From positions 1,824,001-1,888,000 of the forward strand of contig CBDAOB010000005.1 of the NCBI GenBank assembly GCA_965197905.1: DNA of 64,000 bases. The letters run 5' to 3'. Every line of letters starts with the position of its first letter. Positions within the stretch are counted from its first letter, which is position 1. The notes beneath the pieces are model-generated. The model was not told the DNA's origin. It ran no database searches and saw only the letters and a program-made list of their open reading frames with translations. Origin of the DNA: Candidatus Latescibacterota bacterium (lineage in GTDB: Bacteria; Latescibacterota; UBA2968; UBA8231). This document shows positions 58,720 to 64,000 of the stretch, one piece after another. The position numbers were made by a program, and so were the translations under genes.

Positions 58720-60531
58720 GTGGACATCAGGGCGAATAGTCTCGTACTCTACAAAAAGGGAGCGGCTCGCGTCAAGCGGGTGGATGAGAAGCTCCACCTT
58801 GAGCTGCCCGAGGCCAAGGAAAAGTGGGTACGCCTGAAGGACGTGACCCTGCTGCACCCAGGCCCGATTGCCCGACTGTCGGACCTGCAGGACCTGCAAG
58901 GAGAGGCCGAAACTGCATGGGATCTGCTCGATGGCTCACTCACCACCTTGGCCGAGCTGGCAGAGTTGATCTTTGGTGCATTTTCCCCCGATACCGCGTG
59001 GGCCACCTGGAATCTAGTGGACGAAGGTTTTCTGTTTGATGGATCCCCCGATGAGTTGAGGCCGATGTCAGCCGCTGGGGTTGCCGCGGAGCGGTCCCGC
59101 CGAGAAGCGTTGGCAAAAGAGCAAACCTCCTGGACGGAGTTTGTTGACCGCCTCAAAGAAGGGCGGTTCATTCAAGAGGATGACAGCCGCCTGGAGGAAC
59201 TAGAACGACTGGCAGCTGGACAATCCGATCGGTCGCGGGCATTGCGGGCACTCGATCGCGGCGAGACGGCGGAGAATGCCCACAGGTTGCTACTCGAGAT
59301 CGGGCGCTGGACCGGAGCTACGAATCCGCATCCACGCCGCTTCGGTGTTCTGCTCACCGCGCCCCAAGAGGAGGTGCACGTTGCCGCCGCAGAGAAGCGG
59401 GTAGACCTCACCCACCTCGATTCCTTTGCCATCGATGATGAGGGCAACCACGATCCGGACGATGCTTTGAGCATAGACGGAAATCGCCTGTGGGTCCACG
59501 TGGCTGACGCTGCGGGTGTCGCGCCCCCCGAAAGTCCCTGCGATCTGGCCGCCCGGGCGCGAGGCGCCACCCTCTATCTACCAGAAGACACGGTGCCCAT
59601 GCTGCCGGCGGCCGCGATCGACCGACTGGGTCTCGGCCTTCAAGAACGAAGCAACGCCCTTTCCTTCGGCATCGACTTCGATTCCCTAGGCTCGTTCAAG
59701 GGATTTGAAGTGGTTTTGAGTGAGGTTCACGTGCAGCGCACCACGTATTCCAAGGCGGAAGAGCTACTCGATCGAGATCCGTTCCTCAGATTGGACCAAT
59801 GGTGCCACCTGTCCCGCGAGCGCCGCCGCAATCGAGGCGCCGTATTCATTGACTTGCCCGAAGTCAAGATCGCCTGTAGGAACGGCGCCGTGACGATCGA
59901 TCTATTGGCGAGCACGACGAGCCGCCAGCTCGTCTCCGAGGCGATGCTGCTTGCCGGTGAAGCGGTAGGGCGATTTGGCCTGGACAACGGGATTCCGTTG
60001 CCATTCGCCACCCAGGACCCGCCAGCGGAGATGTGGCATGAAGAGGAAGGGTTGGCTGGAATGTATCAACGTCGAAAGTCGTTGAAGCGGAGCTTGATCA
60101 GAAGCGTTCAGGGACCTCACGCTGGCCTCGGCTTGGAGACCTACGTCCAGGCCACCAGTCCCATGCGGCGTTACATGGACCTGGTGGTCCATCAACAGCT
60201 GCGAGCTTTTCTAGCCGGGAAGCCGGGACTAAACGGTCAACAGCTGTTGGAACGGGTCGGCGCAACAACAGAGCTGTCGGACCTCGTCCGCAAAGCAGAG
60301 CGGATGTCCAACCTGCATTGGACGATCGTCTATTTGTCGCAGAGACCGAACTGGAAGGGCTCGGGGACTGTGGTGGAGCAGCGCGACGGCCGTTGCACTG
60401 TTCTCCTTCCCGACCTGGGCCATGAAACAGGGATCTATCTTAGCGGAAATGTAGAACTCAACCAAACAATCGATCTCGGTATAAGCAGCGTGGATCTACC
60501 CAATCTGGAGGCCCGATTCCAGCAGAACTGA
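58720..60531 (+). CDS. RNB-domain exoribonuclease (RNase II-like)
   Basis: FAIDDEGNHDPDDALS, VHVAD, RGATLYLP, HAGLGL..YVQATSPMRRYMDL. Confidence 0.92.
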   Translation: MDIRANSLVLYKKGAARVKRVDEKLHLELPEAKEKWVRLKDVTLLHPGPIARLSDLQDLQGEAETAWDLLDGSLTTLAELAELIFGAFSPDTAWATWNLVDEGFLFDGSPDELRPMSAAGVAAERSRREALAKEQTSWTEFVDRLKEGRFIQEDDSRLEELERLAAGQSDRSRALRALDRGETAENAHRLLLEIGRWTGATNPHPRRFGVLLTAPQEEVHVAAAEKRVDLTHLDSFAIDDEGNHDPDDALSIDGNRLWVHVADAAGVAPPESPCDLAARARGATLYLPEDTVPMLPAAAIDRLGLGLQERSNALSFGIDFDSLGSFKGFEVVLSEVHVQRTTYSKAEELLDRDPFLRLDQWCHLSRERRRNRGAVFIDLPEVKIACRNGAVTIDLLASTTSRQLVSEAMLLAGEAVGRFGLDNGIPLPFATQDPPAEMWHEEEGLAGMYQRRKSLKRSLIRSVQGPHAGLGLETYVQATSPMRRYMDLVVHQQLRAFLAGKPGLNGQQLLERVGATTELSDLVRKAERMSNLHWTIVYLSQRPNWKGSGTVVEQRDGRCTVLLPDLGHETGIYLSGNVELNQTIDLGISSVDLPNLEARFQQN

Positions 60532-60596
60532 GATTTAGATAGGACGTGTGCTGAGGTTCTCTCTCCCCCGTCGTTGGTCGAGGGTGGACGTCTTTC

Positions 60597-61589
60597 CTAC
60601 GCCGTCAGATCCACCTTCTTGCCTATCGACCACGAGCGGCGGATGGCGTCACACACGGTCGTCGTTTCCAGCGCCTCATCCGGCCAGGTGGATCTCAGAT
60701 CGCCGGTCCTGACTACCGTTGAGAACTCCTCTATCATAAGAACCTCCTGCAGGCAGGGCTCCCCCGTGATCGTTTCCGCCGCTCGGTTTCGGTGCAGCCA
60801 GTACCTGGCATCATCCTCCGCTCCGACGACGAAGTCGTCGCAAACGATCGAACCTTCCGTGCCGACAATCTCGAACCACTGTCTGAAGTAGGTGTCAAAT
60901 CCGCAATCGAATGCTGCCATGCGATCGTCGGCGAACCACAAGAGTGCGGAAACATTCATGTCCACGCCATTGTGGTAACGAACTGTTGCATAGACGGCGT
61001 CGGGCATGACCCCAAACGCCCAAAGGATCGCTCGCACCGAATAATAACCCAAATCTCCTAGACATCCGCCCCCAAGCTCCTTCTGCATTCGAATGTTGTC
61101 GGTTCGATTCTCCGGGGCCAGGTTGACAGTGAACGCCGAGGTCACCCGCTGGAGGTCACCCACTTGCCCTTCTTCAATCTCCTGTTTCATCGCGATAGTT
61201 CGAAGGTGGTGCACCCACATTACCCCATCCATGAGTTGTACACCATTGTTGCGGCAGGCATCGCGCATGATGACGGCCTGTTTCACGTCGAGAGCCAACG
61301 GTTTCTCGCAGAGCACATGCTTGCCCTTCTCCGCAGCTTTTACCGTCCATTCCATGTGCAGGGAAGGAGGCAGAGGGATGTACACGGCGTCGATGGAGGC
61401 CTCTTCCAAAAGAGCCTCGTAAGATCCGAATGCAGTCGGCACTCCCCGATCTGCGGCCCACGCTTCGGCTTTCCCGCGGTCTCTGCTGGCCATGGCTGCG
61501 AGCCGAGCACCACGAGCTGTGGAAATGGCACGACCCACCTTATCGGCAATGCCGGCCGTGCCGAGAATGCCCCAGCTCACCTCATCCAT
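60597..61589 (-). CDS. Gfo/Idh/MocA oxidoreductase
   Basis: WGILGTAGIA, VYIPLP, HVLCEKPLA, GGGCLGDLGYY. Confidence 0.92.
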   Translation of the reverse strand: MDEVSWGILGTAGIADKVGRAISTARGARLAAMASRDRGKAEAWAADRGVPTAFGSYEALLEEASIDAVYIPLPPSLHMEWTVKAAEKGKHVLCEKPLALDVKQAVIMRDACRNNGVQLMDGVMWVHHLRTIAMKQEIEEGQVGDLQRVTSAFTVNLAPENRTDNIRMQKELGGGCLGDLGYYSVRAILWAFGVMPDAVYATVRYHNGVDMNVSALLWFADDRMAAFDCGFDTYFRQWFEIVGTEGSIVCDDFVVGAEDDARYWLHRNRAAETITGEPCLQEVLMIEEFSTVVRTGDLRSTWPDEALETTTVCDAIRRSWSIGKKVDLTA

Positions 61590-61630
61590 AATGCCTCCGA
61601 TTGAGTAACAGCCGGATGTTTAGCTGTACC

Positions 61631-62419
61631 TTAGGCGTAATCCTGCAGCTTCTTGCGTAGCTGATCACCGTTCGTTTTCATCCATTGCTGGATCACGAAC
61701 AGCTCCGTACCCAGGCTGAAGTGGCGCACCCCCAGATCCAGGTAGTAAGCCGCCTCGTCCGGCGAGCCTATCTCGGCACGAGGAGGCACGCCCATCTCGA
61801 CGCAGGTTTTGATCACCCGGCCCTCCACCTCTTTGACCTCGGCAGATCTGGCCGCGTCGGGCGCACCAATGCTCTGGGAATAGTCCGTTCCGCCCCACTG
61901 GATCATGTCGATGCCGGCCAGCTCGAGGATCTGCTCCAACTGATCGACGGCAGCTTTCTTTTCGATCATAAGTACTACGACCACGTCGCGGATCGCCTGT
62001 ACGTACTCCTCTTGGGTGCGCGTGCTGTACCAGTTTCTCCGTGCGACGGCACCGTAGGTACCCTCCTCACCAGGAAGGTCCGGCCTGACCGTCCGAATAC
62101 AGGCCTGGGCGTCCTCGACGGAACGGGTGTCGACGAACAAGACCGACTGAAAGCCGGCACCCACGGCTCGCTGGGCGAAAAACTCCTGTGCCGCCTGGTC
62201 AATTTTGATCATCGTCGACAGACCGTGTAACTCGGCGGCGCGACAAAGATTGTCCAGAGCAAACAGATCGAATGGGGCGTACTCCGCTACGAACTCGACA
62301 TAATCGAACATTCCGGTGTGACCGACCACCTCGACGACCGACGGCCAGGTGCTGTGTAGATGTGTTCCGATGGTCGGTGCGTCAGCGGCAAGCAAATCGC
62401 GAAGTTTATTCCTTGGCAT
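61631..62419 (-). CDS. HpcH/HpaI aldolase family protein
   Basis: FDYVEFVAEY, VVLMIE, GIDMIQWGGTDYSQSIG. Confidence 0.85.
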   Translation of the reverse strand: MPRNKLRDLLAADAPTIGTHLHSTWPSVVEVVGHTGMFDYVEFVAEYAPFDLFALDNLCRAAELHGLSTMIKIDQAAQEFFAQRAVGAGFQSVLFVDTRSVEDAQACIRTVRPDLPGEEGTYGAVARRNWYSTRTQEEYVQAIRDVVVVLMIEKKAAVDQLEQILELAGIDMIQWGGTDYSQSIGAPDAARSAEVKEVEGRVIKTCVEMGVPPRAEIGSPDEAAYYLDLGVRHFSLGTELFVIQQWMKTNGDQLRKKLQDYA

Positions 62420-62489
62420 TTCTCGTTTCCATTAGGTGATATGACATGAGACATCATTGTCGAAAGAGTTTGAATGTGAATATCGAAGC

Positions 62490-63290
62490 TCACCTCATTG
62501 AGATGCCGCCATCCACATTTATCGTCTGACCGGTAATATTGCGGGCTTCCTCCGAGGCCAGAAAAACAACGAGATTGCCGATGTCCTCGGGGACCTGCTC
62601 CCGCCCCAGTGGCGTGTTCTGCTCCACCATTTTCTCGAACACCTGTCGTGGTTCCAGTCCGGCGAAGGCGGGGTTTGTCTCCGCCATCATCGGCGCCATC
62701 CGGTTCCAAAAATTGGTCCACAGAAGTCCAGGGCAAATCGCGTTTACATTGACGTTGTGAGGACCAAGGTCTTTTGCCACTACTCGCGTCAAATTGAGCA
62801 GGGCATTTTTTGCAGCCGCATACCCGGGAGTGAAGGTGGGATCGCGCTGCGCCGCAATGGAAGATATGTTTATAATCTTGCCGAATTTGCGCTCGATCAT
62901 GCCGGCGGCTACCGCCTTGCACATATAAAACGGACCGGTGAGATTGACGGCCAGGTTTGCCTCCCAGTCTTCGCCGCTTTGGTCGGTAAAGTGTTGTCCG
63001 ATTGAAGCGCCGAAATGGCCGGCGTTGTTGACGAGGATATCAATCCTGCCAAATCGCTCCGTGGCCGCGGAGACCAGCGTCCTGCAGTCGGCTTCATTGG
63101 TGATATCGGCCTCCACAACGTGGCCCGACCGGCCTTCGGACTCGATGGCGACGACCGTCCCCTTGGCCGCTTCTACATTGAGGTCGCAAACGACGATGTC
63201 GGCCCCCTCCCGAGCCAGGCAGGTTGAAATCCCCTGGCCGATTCCCCCTCCACCACCCGTGACAACGGCAATCCTATCGTTTAATCGCAT
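62490..63290 (-). CDS. Short-chain dehydrogenase/reductase
   Basis: TGGGGGIG, NNAG, YAAAK, NAICPG, ITGQTINVDGG. Confidence 0.93.
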   Translation of the reverse strand: MRLNDRIAVVTGGGGGIGQGISTCLAREGADIVVCDLNVEAAKGTVVAIESEGRSGHVVEADITNEADCRTLVSAATERFGRIDILVNNAGHFGASIGQHFTDQSGEDWEANLAVNLTGPFYMCKAVAAGMIERKFGKIINISSIAAQRDPTFTPGYAAAKNALLNLTRVVAKDLGPHNVNVNAICPGLLWTNFWNRMAPMMAETNPAFAGLEPRQVFEKMVEQNTPLGREQVPEDIGNLVVFLASEEARNITGQTINVDGGISMR

Positions 63291-63293
63291 TGC

Positions 63294-64000
63294 TTACTCC
63301 TTCAAGTGCGACTCGGCCTCTTCGACATCCAGTTTGCTGCCGATTATCAGAGGTACCGTTTGGTGTATGTCCGTCGGTTGAATATCGAGGATCGGCTCCC
63401 TGCCGGTTGAAGCCAAGCCCCCCGCTTCACGGACCACAAGGGCGAGCGGCGCCGCTTCGTACAGTAGCCGCAGCTTTCCCTTCCCTGTGCCAGCATCGGC
63501 GGGATAGAGGAACACCCCTCCCTTCAACAGGTTCCGGTGAAAATCGGCTACGAGCGATCCCACATACCTGGCCTTGTAAGGACTGCCGCTCCGCCCCGGC
63601 ACCTTGAGACTGTCAATGTAACTCCGCACTCCTTCTTCCCAAACCGCGCTATTGGCCTCGTTCACGCTGTAGATGGAACCGCGTTCGGGTATCTTGATAT
63701 CTTCGTGAGAGAGAAGGAACTCGCCGATGGTCGGATCGAGGGTGAAACCGTGCACACCCCTGCCGGTTGTATACACCAGCATCGTGCTCGAGCCGTAAAT
63801 CATATAACCGGCGCATACCTGTTCCTTTCCCGTGCGCAAGAAGTCCATTTCCAACGCCTGCGAAGCGCCTTTCTGCCGGCGAAAAATGGAAAAAATGGTG
63901 CCGATTCCCACATTCACGTCGATGTTCGAAGAGCCGTCTAACGGATCGAATACCAGGACGTACTCACCCCCGTTGTCTCCCGGAACGATATGGATCTCCT
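63294..64000 (-). CDS. fbp: Fructose-1,6-bisphosphatase class 1, 5'-partial
   Basis: [20 protein letters not shown] near the window end; [36 protein letters not shown]. Confidence 0.95.
   Translation of the reverse strand, partial: EIHIVPGDNGGEYVLVFDPLDGSSNIDVNVGIGTIFSIFRRQKGASQALEMDFLRTGKEQVCAGYMIYGSSTMLVYTTGRGVHGFTLDPTIGEFLLSHEDIKIPERGSIYSVNEANSAVWEEGVRSYIDSLKVPGRSGSPYKARYVGSLVADFHRNLLKGGVFLYPADAGTGKGKLRLLYEAAPLALVVREAGGLASTGREPILDIQPTDIHQTVPLIIGSKLDVEEAESHLKE

Overview
A 64-kb, gene-dense, GC-rich chromosomal segment. By inference it comes from a diderm FCB-superphylum bacterium such as Ca. Latescibacterota: it has lnt, lipoproteins, secreted proteins with FlgD/T9SS-like 'PNPFNP...GxYFY...KMxLxK' C-termini, and cohesin/dockerin modules. 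I found no CRISPR array, IS element, integrase or rRNA. Layout: (1) 1-11.7 kb (-): surface-glycan cluster with GT4s, GT2s, three SAM methyltransferases, an AsnB-type amidotransferase and a Gfo/Idh/MocA oxidoreductase, headed by an HNH nuclease gene. (2) 11.7-24.9 kb (-): envelope locus with two giant secreted Ig/cadherin-like, cohesin(/dockerin) proteins, a TPR lipoprotein, a beta-barrel protein and an Ig-like lipoprotein. Upstream are tandem sigma28-like promoters, sigma54 promoters and a candidate attenuator/riboswitch-like RNA. (3) 25-33.7 kb: rpsT, then three TMTC-like (FHYDD, GT-C + TPR) membrane glycosyltransferases. Two of them are interleaved in a cysM-JAB(mec)-ubiquitin-like sulfur carrier-cysK operon. 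(4) 33.9-44.3 kb (+): aspS, lipoprotein/LysM pair, phoH-7TM-HD-ybeY-corC, tRNA-fMet, lnt. (5) 44-64 kb: sugar/redox metabolism genes, a MoxR ATPase with an unusual partner, M42 peptidase, RNB exoribonuclease, fbp. The strongest novelty candidate is a TMTC-like protein-glycosylation system next to cadherin-like giant surface proteins and genetically tied to a sulfur-carrier cysteine pathway. Caveat: at least four single-base deletions (three in homopolymers) and two apparent internal deletions break genes. These may be long-read/assembly errors rather than biology.
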